From the human T2T-CHM13v2.0 reference genome, Homo sapiens, in NCBI RefSeq assembly GCF_009914755.1, contig NC_060930.1: DNA of 64,000 nucleotides. One strand, 5' to 3'. A program made the position numbers and the translations under genes. The notes below the pieces were generated by a model. That model searched no databases. It was not told where the DNA came from and saw only the letters and a list, made by a program, of their open reading frames with translations. Below are positions 23,686 through 36,690 of the stretch, piece after piece (the first letter of the stretch is position 1; every line of letters starts with the position of its first letter).

Positions 23686-24219
23686 AATTTTCTTTGCCCT
23701 CTATTCCTTTTTTACCTTTCTTGACTTACCTCTTCAGAATCTATTCTCTTAGAACATTTGGTTTTGTGTGTTTGTGGCTGTATACCTACATACCTTTCCA
23801 TCATTGCCATTAGCTTCTTTCCAACAAGCTTTCACAAGTCTAAGAATTCTTGATTAGATTTTTTTTTTATTTTGCTGGCCTACAGGATTTGACATCCCAC
23901 TAAAATCTTCTATCCTTCAGATGAACACTTTAGCCCCCAATTCTAAACTTGACTGGATGTTACTCTGTTTGCCTAAAATATTTCTGATTTATTCATATCA
24001 GTTTTAAGGCACGTCCATTTCTTATATGTATTTAATTGTTTTATTTAAATTGATCTTTCTGGGTTTTTCTAATTATCACTTATAAGAAAAATCATGCTTC
24101 TTATGCATATGGAAGTACATGTTGGAAAATGGATAAAAGAGCCATTTTAAGGATAAAATGCAAATAGTGCATCAGGCCTCAAAATTTCACTTTGAGTTTT
24201 CCCTTTAATAACAAAATAT

Positions 24220-24487
24220 GGCCAGGCATGGCCTATAATCCTAGCCTTTGGGGAGGCTGAGATGGGAGGATCACTTGGGCCCAGGAGTTCAAGACCAGCC
24301 TGGGCAACATAGGGAGACCCTGTCTCTATAAAAATTTTTAAAAAATTAGCCTAGCATGGTGGTATGTGCCTGTGGTCCCAGCTACTCAGGAGGCTGAGGT
24401 GGGAGAATCACTTGAGCCTGGGAGGTTGAGGCGCAGGTGACAGAGCAAGACCCTGTCTCAAGAACCAACTGACCAAACAAACAAAAA
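24220..24487 (+). mobile_element. AluJ with internal deletions
   Basis: ggaggatcacttgggcccaggagttcaagaccagcctgggcaacatag; approximate TSD acaaaatat. Confidence 0.88.
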
Positions 24488-24659
24488 TATAAGTCTTTCT
24501 CAAAAAAGGTAGTCACTTAACAGATATATATGGGTAACACCTATACACAGGACACTGAATTAAACATGGAATTATAAAAAGATGAACATATGTTGACTTG
24601 TGCTCAAACATGATCTCAGATTACTATATTAGGATTTCGATGGCCACTTCAGGAGCAAG

Positions 24660-25480
24660 TCTTTCATTTAATAAATATTTATTGAGTGCTTACCACATTC
24701 CAGGTACCATGCTAGAAGCTAGAGATTTATGGAGCCTGGATTTGGGAGGTAACTCTAATCTAGTGCAGTTGGATCTATAGGACAGGATGCTGTGGGAGCA
24801 CAGATGTCATCTAACTTCGTCTTGGAGGGATAGAGAAGGGTGACCCAAGGTAGTAATGTCTAAATTGAATTTGAGAAATGAGTAAGAAGTAACGAGGTAC
24901 AGATCAGAAGTAGCGGGGGTGAGCAGCTAGGTGCAGAGTTTAAGGGAGCACCCTATGGAAATGCTGAGGGCTGTGTACAAGGGATGTATGTGAAGGAGTG
25001 TGAGAGTTTGGTATGGATGGAGCCTGCATTAGTCTGTTCTCACGGTGCTAATAAAGACATACCCAAAAACTGGGTAATTTATATAGGGAAGAGGTTTAAT
25101 TGACTCACAGTTCAGTATGGCTGGGGAGGCCTCAGGAAACTTACAATCATGACAGAAGGGGAAGCAAACACGTTCTTCTTCTCATGGTGGCAGGAAGAAG
25201 TGCAGAGCAAAAGGGGAAAAAACCCATATAAAACCATCAGATCTTGTGAGAACTCACACACTATCACAAGAACAGCAGCATGGGGGTATGCGCCCCCATG
25301 ATTTAATTATCTCCCTCTGGGTCCCTCCCACCACACATAGGGATTATGGGAACTACAATTCAAGATGAGATTTGGGAGGGGACACAGCCAAACCATATCA
25401 GAGCCTACAGAGCAATGTAGGAGTCAGGAGAGATGAAGCTGGAGAGGAAAATTGGTCAAATCATGCAAGTCTCCTATATT
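24660..25480 (-). mobile_element. L2 fragment interrupted by a THE1 LTR
   Basis: ttcatttaataaatatttattgagtgcttaccacattccaggtaccatgctag is the L2 3' end reverse complement. Confidence 0.65.
25025..25400 (-). mobile_element. THE1 (THE1C-like) solo LTR
   Basis: tgcattagtctgttctcac...cagccaaaccatatca termini, with a perfect 5-bp TSD GAGCC (25020-24, 25401-05). Confidence 0.92.
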
Positions 25481-25579
25481 CATTGATGATAGGGAACTAG
25501 GAGAGATATGCACTGGCTTTATAGTAAATGGCTCCTATAGTGTGTGAGTCAGATAATGTCACAGGCATGATACAAATTA

Positions 25580-25997
25580 TAAGCAGGGTAGGCCTTGCTG
25601 CTGCAACAAAGATCTACAAATTCAATGACTTAGAGAACAGAAAGTTTATTTCTTTCTCACTTCATAGGACTGAGTGGTTTCAAGTCAGCAGCTAGAAATG
25701 GGAAGAGGAGAAGGTGGGCTCTGCTTTTTGCAGAGACCCCGGCTGACTGCAGCTGTGCTATCTTTAACCCATTGTTTCTAGCATCACCACCCCAGGAAAC
25801 TAGAAAGAGAAACGGGATTGTAAGTAAGTGGCTTTTATGGGCCAGGTCTGAAAGTAGCACGTACTGCTTCTGTCACATTCCATTAGTCAGAAACCGGTCA
25901 CATGGTTACACCATATTGCAAAGTACCCTGGAAAATGGAGCCCAGTTTTGTGCTCAGGAAGAAGAGAAAATGGATTTTGGGGAATAGTGTCTGCCAC
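25580..25997 (-). mobile_element. Old MLT1-family LTR
   Basis: gctgctgcaacaaa...aaagtttatttctttctcac and cacattccattagtcagaa...gtcacatgg...tctgccaca. Confidence 0.65.
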
Positions 25998-27504
25998 AGT
26001 GCTGGAGGGAAGAGCTGGTGGGCTATGAATCAGAACCATTGCTCACTCCTTCTAAGAGCCCTTTCTCTAGTTGCCTCTGCTTATCTCGTAGTCCTGGTCT
26101 TCTTTCAATTCCATTTCCCTTATGCAAATACATACAGGGCCTCTTGGATTATTTATCTCAACCCTAGCTACTTGTCATTCCTCAACTAAGATTCATGTTT
26201 GATCAATCTCCTCTGACTCTCAGCACAACAGGCTGTTTGCTTGCCCAGCTCAGCCTGTTTTAAGGAGAGAGTCCGACCTTGCTGGTCAGTTGGGGAAGCC
26301 AGAAATGCTGGTTGGTAGGTGGCACTCAGCAAGACACTCATTCCAAAGCAACACACACGTAATGAATGCAAGGATTCAGTCACGCTCAGGAGAACACAAC
26401 AACACTGGCTCCCTTGACCTATTTCCTCAAGACTAAACTTTCAAAAGAGTAACCACACCCAGGCTGACCAGGGAATTGTTAAAAACAGGGATGTCAGCAT
26501 GCTCTGATCTGACTGCCAACAAAAATATTTCCTTTGTGTTGATGCTTTCTTCATACTGCACTCAGGAAGGGCAAAGAAGTTTGACCTGTCTGGGTTGGAG
26601 AGCCCGGTGAACCACTCTCCCCAGGGTTTCTCTCTGGGAGTTACAGAAAGAGGCCTGCATGTTGTTTCTTTCTAATGGGAGTTGAGGCTACCACTTTCAT
26701 AACCACCGATTAGTCCTATTTGCTATTAGGAAATCTCAGGGCTCTCCATCAAAGGCCTCATTGTTTGGATGTTTTTTTTCTTTCACTTGTGTCACTCTGC
26801 TAAGGTACGCTTTCACTCAGCAGTGTCTTCTGGGTCATTTTTATAATGCTGTTAAAGAGAGGATGAAAGTGCTAGAATCAAGAGTTGGAGATACCACTCC
26901 TCACCAAGAGTTTAAAACCGACATTGAGCGGAGGTGAGGAGGGATGGGGAATTTGTTGATGAATTTGTATTTATTTGTGTATGTCCCTTGGGTTTGTTTC
27001 CTTTTTGTCCAAATCCAGACATTTAAAACTCATATGTCTACGCTCATGATTTATAGAGATCTTCACTGTCATGATAAGCAAAATAGGAAGAAAAGGAAAA
27101 TAAACAAATAAAAAATAAATAAAAAGGAATTCTGAGTGTTAGGGCTTTTTATTTCTGTCTTCATGTAATATATAAGCCTCATAGAAATACAGGTAAGGAC
27201 TTGATTTCCTCTAAAGCCATTTCAAGCATTATAGTATATGAGAAATTTGCATTTTAATATTGTCTAAAAACATCGTGTTGTTATTATTGACCACCTGATT
27301 CTTAGCCATATTTCAAATTAAGCTAGCCATATGAAATAGTAGTTCTTCCATTAGTAATGCCATCTCTTATTCTTAGTCTTTTTTTTTTAAGGATTTCACT
27401 AAAACATTTATTCTAAGAAGCCCTCTTTCATTCACCTCGATTTGACTGGGATTATTTCTTTAAATTTTACATTTGTATCCCAGATGTGGCAAGGCCCTAG
27501 GACC

Positions 27505-27805
27505 AATCAGGATAGTCCAGGTAATGTTGAGGTAATGATCCCAGAATCTCAGTGGCTTAAATCAGCAAAAGTGTGTTTCTCCTTCGTGCTCCAGGTCCAG
27601 TGTGGCTCAGCACATGTGGAGTCACTCAGGGACCAGATCCAGATCCACAGAGGCTCCATCCTAATGTGTTCCGTAAGCATCCTGTTAGAGTGAAGAGAAC
27701 GTGGTGAAATACATACTGACTTGGAAAGCTTCTATCTGGAAGTGGTGTGTCACCTCTGCTCATGTTTTTTTGGCCAAAGGAAGACACATGTTCACAATTA
27801 ACTGC
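27505..27805 (-). mobile_element. Old MLT1-family LTR (partial)
   Basis: cccagaatctcagtggcttaaa...tcacctctgctcatg...ttggccaaaggaagacacatg. Confidence 0.65.
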
Positions 27806-27817
27806 ATATCAATAAGT

Positions 27818-28065
27818 AGCAAAGGATAGGTTAAATTAACAAACACTCCCGTCCATATGAGTAAGTATCACAGTTTTAAAGCATTCTCTCAGACATTTCA
27901 GCAAAGGATAGGTTAAATTAACAAACACTCCCGTCCATATGAGTAAGTATCACAGTTTTAAAGCATTCTCTCAGACATTTCAGCAAAGGATAGGTTAAAT
28001 TAACAAACACTCCCGTCCATATGAGTAAGTATCACAGTTTTAAAACATTCTCTCAGACATTTCAG
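27818..28065. repeat. 82-bp unit tandem repeat, 3 copies
   Basis: Units begin agcaaaggataggttaaattaac at 27818, 27900 and 27982; a single G>A difference in copy 3. Confidence 0.97.
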
Positions 28066-29240
28066 GGAGGTTGGAAGGGTAGGTTAATAATTTACTCATT
28101 CTATATATAGGGAAACCAAGGCTTAGAGAGATTTTTTTTTTTTTAAGGTCAAAGAACTTTCCTTTAGATTAGCTAATCATGATTACCAGTTTTTTTTTTT
28201 TTTAAATCTACAAATTTTCAGCATTATATTTTGTAATGTGCAAATTGATAAGCACCAATTCTGTGGCACAGATCTGGTGTTCAGAGTAATAGAAACAAAA
28301 CAGCATTTGTCCAGCTATGTCACCATCAGCAATTGAGAGAAGTCTAAGCCCATTTCAGAGTCTTCCATCTGAACTAATCCCAGGAGTCACAAGGATGCTT
28401 ACTATGTACTAATAAATGTGGTCAGCCAGGTGCCATGCGTGCTCTGTCCCTGCCCTGACTCTCCAAGGTAACAGTCCCCAGTAAGCCACCCTTTGATGCT
28501 GCTGTTGAAGGAACTTATGCCCTTCCCAGAGTGATGATGGTGCCTGTGAAATCCACTGAGGCCTCAGAGGAGCTATCTTCTTTCACTTAGGAAGCCAGCA
28601 CCCACAGTATCCTCAAGAAGTGTGAAGCACTCTTTTAGTTTTTATTGACTCTTGTTCCAGCTGTTTCTCATTCAGACTCAATCATGAGCCCTCAGCCACT
28701 CTGAAACACATTAACCTCTGCGCAGGCTCTTCTGTGTCCTCTTGGGTCAGACTTGTGGGCCTGAACTCTCTTCTCTCATAGAGATGAGTTATTTCCCAGA
28801 AGGCTGTTCAATTGCTCATGCAAACAGCCAACTGGTGGACCCACCTTCCCCTTCGGCCAGACATACCCGCACTTGTTTGAATGTCACATTAGACAGCCAT
28901 AGAATTGTTCCTTCATAATATGGTAAAAAAATATTACTAGTTAATATAATGGATTGAAACACGTCAGTATTTCATGGTGTTGTGTAAAGAGCACTTCAGG
29001 TGCTCTGCCACCTACATAAGTTCGATAATAAGGGGCATGGGAAAATCAACACTGCACTCCAAGGCCCGAACCCCCAAACCTATGTTCTTGCCTCAGATCT
29101 GTCTCCCTTTGAGTGACCTTGGGAAAGTCACTTGGCCCTGCTAGGCCCTTTTATCATGCATAGAATGAAGGAAGTAGTATGTTTCTAAGGACTTTTTCAA
29201 GCATGCAAGTTTGCGATTTGTGGAGACAAGATTTATCATT

Positions 29241-29267
29241 TGCAATTACTGTCAACAGGTGGCAGCA
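29241..29267 (+). promoter_or_regulatory. CTCF motif candidate (forward) with upstream module
   Basis: TGCAATTactgTCAACAGGTGGCAGCA: core-like AGGTGGCAGCA plus an upstream TGCA(A/G)T module. Confidence 0.5.
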
Positions 29268-29658
29268 AAAACCCAATTTTTAGTGACAAGAAAAGAATGT
29301 TAGCTGCCTTTGATTAATCCTCAGAATTTCAGAGAACATTTAATTAATTGTATTCATTTTAAATATGATGAAAAAACCATAATCTCCATATTTAAAGATG
29401 CTTCATGATAGAAAGACTGTATGTACAATATATGTTATCAAGTGAATTGAAAAGTAGGGCTTTTAAAATGGGCATGTTTCATAAACCATTGAGCTGAATA
29501 CTTTTCTTCCAGTCATTTTGAATGTGGGTAGAGGTCTTAGGATAGTAAAACTGCCATATTAAGTGATATTTCAGAACAGGTCTTTTATATCTATTTTTAA
29601 GTTAAATGTGGAAGGATAAACTAACAACTTCAGGAATTCCTTTTTAAGTGTTGTATAA

Positions 29659-29957
<299 letters not shown>

Positions 29958-30971
29958 AGTTTCTTATGTAAAGGGTGTTGAGAAAAAGCTGACATACATA
30001 GCAACATTACAATATCATTACATTTTACATTTTACCATAGCTCATATCACATTAAATGAATTCCAAAGAACTTTTGAAAAATGTAAAACTTTATTTGTTA
30101 GCATTTTTCTAATTTTAACAGTTGGAAATGAATGGGCTGTTTTTGGAACTTTGAAAAGTTTTTGCTAGCCAAAGGTTTTGTTGCAATGAACTAGAACACA
30201 AATGTAAAAATATATACGGATATGTTATTAAATTGTCAATGCAAACTTGATTCCATTTCATTTAATATTGTGAGCAAAACAATGATATATGAAACTGAGA
30301 AAAGTGCTATGGAAAAGACTAAGATAGGAGCTATATTGCAGGCATAGTCTCTTACAGGAATTTATAATTTTAATAAAGTGAATACCTAGATACTATGTTA
30401 CTCTATTAAAACTGGAGAGGGTATACAAGCTATCATCTTGAGCTTTTCCTGAATTACAGACTTGTACTTTCAACTGCCTCCTTGACATCTCTACTTAGCC
30501 TTAGTATGGACAAAAGAGAAATTTATGTGAACAAATAACTTTAATTTACTAAGATATCAGATCCCTTGATCTGGAGATTTAATTACATTATTTATTAGCA
30601 ATGTTTATAAAATTCTTTATATTATAAAAATCGCATAAGTCTAAATCAACCACCATCATCAATCATCAACATTATAGTAGACAAAGAGTGGAAAAAATAA
30701 GAGATACGATCTTGTTGGTCAATTTGTATGATTCATACAAAAATCTGAAAAATGCTCCTAAGCTTTTATAGAAGTAAGTACATTCTTCTTAGATGAGTCA
30801 CAAATTCCTATTTTACAGCTGAAGAGATTTAATGGTGAAATGACTGGCACAAAGCCCCACATTCTCCGGACTTCACATTTGGTATTTTGTACCTAAACTG
30901 GCTCTTACCCTGATCCTTGCTGACTGTTCCTCCTACTTCTTGCAGAGAGGTTATAACCCATTGGTCTGTAG

Positions 30972-31167
30972 CTGCACTGCCCAGTGAGGTACCCACTAGC
31001 CACTATGGCTTTCAAATGGAAATTAAATACAAATAAAATTTAGTTCTTCAGTTGCTTCAGCTACGTTTTAAGTCCTTAGTAGCCATGTTTGACTAGTGGC
31101 TACCAGATTGGACAACAAAGATATAGTACATTTCCAATATTACAGAAAGTTCTGCTGGATAACACTG
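30972..31167 (-). mobile_element. MER3 (hAT-Charlie) DNA transposon
   Basis: Internal palindromic ccactagccac...ctagtggctacc and terminus agaaagttctgctggataacactg; near 8-bp TSD gtctgtag / gtctagag. Confidence 0.8.
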
Positions 31168-31849
31168 GTCTAGAGTGTGGAACACTGTGGCTATCTACCT
31201 GTCCAAGTGCCATCTTTTCTGTATATAATGCCCAACTTTTACAACTTCAAACATATAAAATACACATTGGTAGGAAATTGCACACTTGCTTTCAAATTGC
31301 TCCTCTCAGCCAGTGATTTCTCTTTGGGTAGTAAAGTTGAGGATGGTAATTATTAAGTGGCTACAGTATATCACAAGAAATACAATATTATGATACCATT
31401 GAAAGAAAATGTCTCTTGAAATTCTTTCCTAAGCTAACTTTCATTGCCTGATATAGAATAATTTTTTTCTTCTACCTAGAGGGAGCTCATTATTGTTTTT
31501 TTGGACCAAATAAACTGTAAATATCTAGCTACTACTGGACAGTGTGCCGTCAAGTAGAAAAGGTAGGCAGTAGCATAATAAGCTACTCTTTGACCCTCTC
31601 CTTCCCAGACGGTCTTGACTGCCTGTATTTAAGAAGCTGGGGCACAGGACACACAATCATAGTGGACTCTGTGTGGTACCTGTTCCTTGATCCATGAGTG
31701 AATCCTGTCAATGTGACTATTTCTTCTACTTTAGAATGGTTGTGGTGAGTCAGCCAACTCAGAGTGGCTACTTATTCTCCCTCAGGGCCGGGAGTTGTGG
31801 AAAAATGTTAAATTGAAGTGTGTCTTTCCTCAGTGAAAATACTACATTA

Positions 31850-32185
31850 CAGTCAGTCGTCTGCATCTATGGGTTCCACATCCATGAATTCAACCACCTG
31901 TGGGTTGAAATTATTTGGAAAAGAACCCAATAAAAATAACTATACAACAATAAAAAATAATGCAAATAAAAACCAAAACAGTATAACAACTATTTACGTA
32001 GCACTCACATTGCATTACGTATTATAAGTAATCTAGAGATGATTTAAAGTATACAGGAAGATGTGTGTAGGTTATATGCAAATATGATATCGATACCATT
32101 TTCTATAAGAGACTTGAGCACCTGTGGATTTGAGTACCCAAGGATGTCCTGGAACTAATCCCCTGAAGATACCAAAGGACAACTG
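31850..32185 (-). mobile_element. MER2/MER2B (Tigger) DNA transposon
   Basis: cagtcagtcgtctgcatctatgggttccacatcc ... gataccaaaggacaactg, flanked by TA; gtaatctagagatgatttaaagtatac core. Confidence 0.85.
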
Positions 32186-33330
32186 TATTTTGTGTTGGCA
32201 TAATATTCTAGAATAAGATTTAAGGACACTATTATCCCCTTTTATGGGCTAAAATAATTTAGAGAGAATCTCTCAGTAAGGATGAATACATCTTTGCTGA
32301 ATGGCAGGATAGTTCTAATATTTCAGATGTAGTTATTGGTGAACATATTCTATCTTTGAATGCAGTATTTGATATTGTGCATATTTTTCATGAAACTTAA
32401 TGGTTGGATTTATTTTTAATTTGTTTGAAATGTTGGATTCAATAACAATGATTCCAACAATTTAAATGAATAAAACTCTGGGTACAACTTAGTATCCAGA
32501 GTACCAGATTGAGAGTCAAGAAACCTGACTTGTCTCTAGAATGGATTTGCTCAGCTCTTGAGTTGAGGTGTTATAAAACCTAGTAATCTTGCCTATGAGA
32601 TGGACTTGATTAAGCCATTTTAGTTACATCATGAGAGATTCTCAGTTACTCTAAGAAGTGATGGGAAAGTGAAAAAGCATGTTCTTTTCCTGTAGCTACT
32701 ACTGTATCTGACATCCCTTTGTGGTCACTGAGGCAGGGCACATATGGCTGAAAGGTATGGTAAGAACGTTCTCTCTCTGGGATGTTCCCGGATGTAAGTC
32801 AAAAACTTGCCCACACTTTGAGGCAGTGGCAGTCTGGATGTACCTGCTCTGATACTCCAGGGCTATAGAGCAGCCTTAAAGCAAAGAATTGAGACATAGA
32901 CATGATTTTTAAAGTATTCTATTCAGCTATGCTGATATCTAGAATTACTTTAAATTAAGTCATTGGAAAATATTGGGCAATTATACCAAATTTCTGGCAG
33001 ACTGTGATTGGAGTGATAGATATCTTAGAAATAGATTCCTGTGTTCAGTTGGTATTTTGTGGTAGGGGTCTTCGTACTTTGGGGATGTGGAGTTAGGGGA
33101 ATTGGGTTTGCCTTTTTGCTCTGCCTATCAGCTTCTTACTAACTCATTCATAAAATAAAGATGAGTCTATTTCAAAGATCTGTTCCACTCTTCAGATATA
33201 GCTTTTTATGGTTTTATCAAAATTTATTTTAAGAGTATATCATAAAAGAGTATTTTTAGAGTAATCCACAAAGACTGGTGCATATTTATTAAACAATCAG
33301 AACTTGCATGCTTGAAAAAAATCTTAAAAC

Positions 33331-33468
33331 TTTTTTGTTTTAATTCTTAATTTAGAGATGGGTTCTCAATATATTGCCCAGGCTGGCCTCAAACTCCTTG
33401 GTTCAAGAGATCCTCCCACCTCAGCCTCCTAAATAGTTGGGACTACAGATGTGTACCACTGCCTCCTA
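33331..33468 (-). mobile_element. Alu monomer (FLAM-like)
   Basis: A single Alu arm: agagatgggttctcaatatattgcccaggctgg...gggactacagatgtgtaccac. Confidence 0.8.
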
Positions 33469-33549
33469 CTAAAGAAATCTTTAATTCCTGCCACTGGAAG
33501 ATTAAATTGTTCAGGTCTTATTCCTACTTCATTTACTTTAACAAAATCA

Positions 33550-34190
33550 AACATTTTTTATTTCAGAATAGTTTTGGACTCACAGAAAAGTTGCAAGGAG
33601 AGTAAGAGAACTCCCATATACTTTGTAGCCATTTTTTCCTATTATTAACATCTTATATTTACTGTGGTATATTTGTTATAACAATGAACCAATAATAATA
33701 CATTGACATTAACTGAAGTCCATACTTTATTCAGATTTCCTTTAGTTTTTACCTAATGTCTTTTTCTGTTCTAGGAAGGATCCCATCCAGGATACTATAT
33801 TACATTTAGCTGTCATGTCTCTTTAGGGTCCTCTTGGCTGTGACAGTTTTTCAGACTTTTCTTGTTTTTGATAACTTTGACAGTTCCGTGGTGTGCTGGT
33901 CAGCTATTTTGTAGAAAGTCCTTCCATTGGGATTTGCCCATTTTTCTTATGATTAGGCTGCAGTAATGGGTTTGGGGGAGAAAGACCACAGAGGTGAGAT
34001 GGCCCACTCATCACCTCATCTCAAGGGTACACGCCATCGGCCAGACTTATCACTGTTGCTGTTAACCTTGAGCATCTGGTCAGGATAGTGTTTGTCAGGT
34101 GTCTCTGCTGTAAAGTTACTTTTATCCCCCCTCTCCTTTCAGTAGTCTTTGGAAGAAAATCACTTTACACAACCCACTGTTAAGACATGG
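33550..34190 (-). mobile_element. L1MC-type 3' UTR fragment
   Basis: ttttggactcacagaaaagttgcaa...ttcagatttcc...atcccatccaggatac...catttagctgtcatgtctc. Confidence 0.75.
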
Positions 34191-36318
34191 GAAGATTTAA
34201 CTCATTTTTAAGTCACCATCCATTGAATTTTAGAGTAAAATCTCGTTAATGTTAGGCACAGCTTTGAGACTATTAGGTAAGTTTGGTGGCAAACTGTCCT
34301 GTAAGTTCTTACTAACCTGGAATAAAATTTCTGGGGGAAAAAAGAAAAGGGCTATGACTTGTCCTTCTTCTTTGATATTTTTTTATCCCTTCTTTTGCAG
34401 GGAGTTATAAGGTACACTTACACTTAAGTACAAAACAACATGATTCTCTCCCCATCCCCCACAGTCTAGCAAAAACAATCTATCGCCTTAAAATAGGAAG
34501 AAAATATGCTTCTTTTTCATTGCTTTAGCAAAGGATTGCGGGAGATCTGGATCAATAGCATTTTTCCAAGTTGTAGTTATGTGAATCCTAATATTTACAT
34601 TAAACAGTTTTTGTGCTTCAGCATCTTTGAAACTTTCTTTGGTCCCCACCCTTTTAGGAACAACAAATTCCTAAAGCGTGAATGTTTACGACAAAACAAA
34701 ATATTCTCAGCCTTTCATTCTATTTTTTTTAAAATTACAGAAGTAATATATGTTTTTTTAAAGTAAAAAAAGTTAAAACAATCCAGAAGTACATAAAGTG
34801 TAAAAGTAGAAGTCTTCCCTGGCTCTGCATGTGGTAGAATTGACTCCATTATTAAATGTTGTTTTTTTGGCTTTCTATCACAGACGATAGTGTTATTTTA
34901 TTAAATATGCTCCACTATAACGTAGTATGTAGCAATTAAATGGGGGAAAAGACATGTTTGAAATTTGGCTTGGACTGTTAACTTGTTACTTATTTAATCA
35001 ACTATCTAGCAAATGATGTTCTAGATGCTGGAGAAATGTAGGGGTATACATGATGCAAAAGCAAATTATCTGTCCTCAGAGGAACCCATGGTACAGATAC
35101 AGAGGGACAGACCTCCATAAACGACAAAGAAGTTAACAAATGTCTTCCATCCAAGCACATCTGTCACATGTAGAACTTGAAAACTAATTTTTGCTTGGCT
35201 AATATGATTATGACCTACTCAGAGTATATTTTTAGTTTATTTAGTTTGTTAAATTTGGAACAAAAAGCTCTGAGCTAATTTTCAGAATGAGTGTGAACTG
35301 GTTCGTTTAACTATGTAACACAATTTCACCATTTTTCTGAGACTGCACATGGTAGTTCTGTTTTTTTAAGATGATGAAAAAAGATTTTATCCTCTGATCA
35401 TGCCAAGAAGGGAAGACTCAGAATCTATCATCCTAATCTTTTCAAGCATATCAAGTACAGCTTTGATGATGAAAGAATTTTTATGGAATAAGTTTGGTGC
35501 CTAAACAAATCTCCTACTATTTTCCTACCTGTAATGATATAAGAAAATGTATATCTGCCAACAATCACTCATTCACTAAACAGGAACTAATTTTAATGTA
35601 AATTATTTATGATTAAATCAGCTTTGAAGTATTATATCAGGAAATTGTGAAAGACCAAAAAAACTCATAATTTATTTTCATTTATTTACAGACCCTTTTG
35701 ATACACATGAAATGTCTCATAATAGTAGTCTTCTGTGTATATAGAATTTTACATTATTTTTTCATTATATGTTTCATAAATATTTTTCCATGTACATCAT
35801 CACACTATTTTCATGGTTGCCTAATATTCCACAGCATTGATATTTTGTTATTCAATTATCCTCTATTGTTGGAAATTTAGATTTTTCCAGTTTTAGATAG
35901 TATAATGCTTCTCTAGGCATCTCTCTTTATTTGGAGATTTCCAGTAATATCATTTTCTCCTCTTGAATTATTTCCTGAAGATATATTTCCAAAAATAGGA
36001 TTATCATGTTGCCTTGTATTTGATATGCATTGTCAAGTTGTTCAAAAGAAATGCTGCCAATTGACAAAACCTAGAATGATAATGGATGAACCTCTTTTTC
36101 TGAAGCCCCCTGCCAATACTATAATGACGTAATTCCCTTCGTGGTAAGCAACAAAACTCAGATTTATTTCTGATTTTATTGGTAAATCTTGGAGTAATTT
36201 AGAAATCTCCCTTTACTAACATAAGGCACGTGATATCAATCCATAGATCATGTTCCTAATAACAGGACTGTGTTCACAGACAGCAGAAACGCACTGTAGG
36301 CTCTGCCTAAGAACTTGA

Positions 36319-36690
<372 letters not shown>

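Noticed and set aside
27818-28065. CRISPR-like array
   Set aside because: Head-to-tail tandem copies with no unique spacers, no cas genes, and a eukaryotic context.
34380-34417. Strong + strand acceptor (tcttttgcag) followed 11 nt later by aag|gtacac, as a microexon
   Set aside because: Weak donor and no supporting + strand gene structure; consistent with chance.
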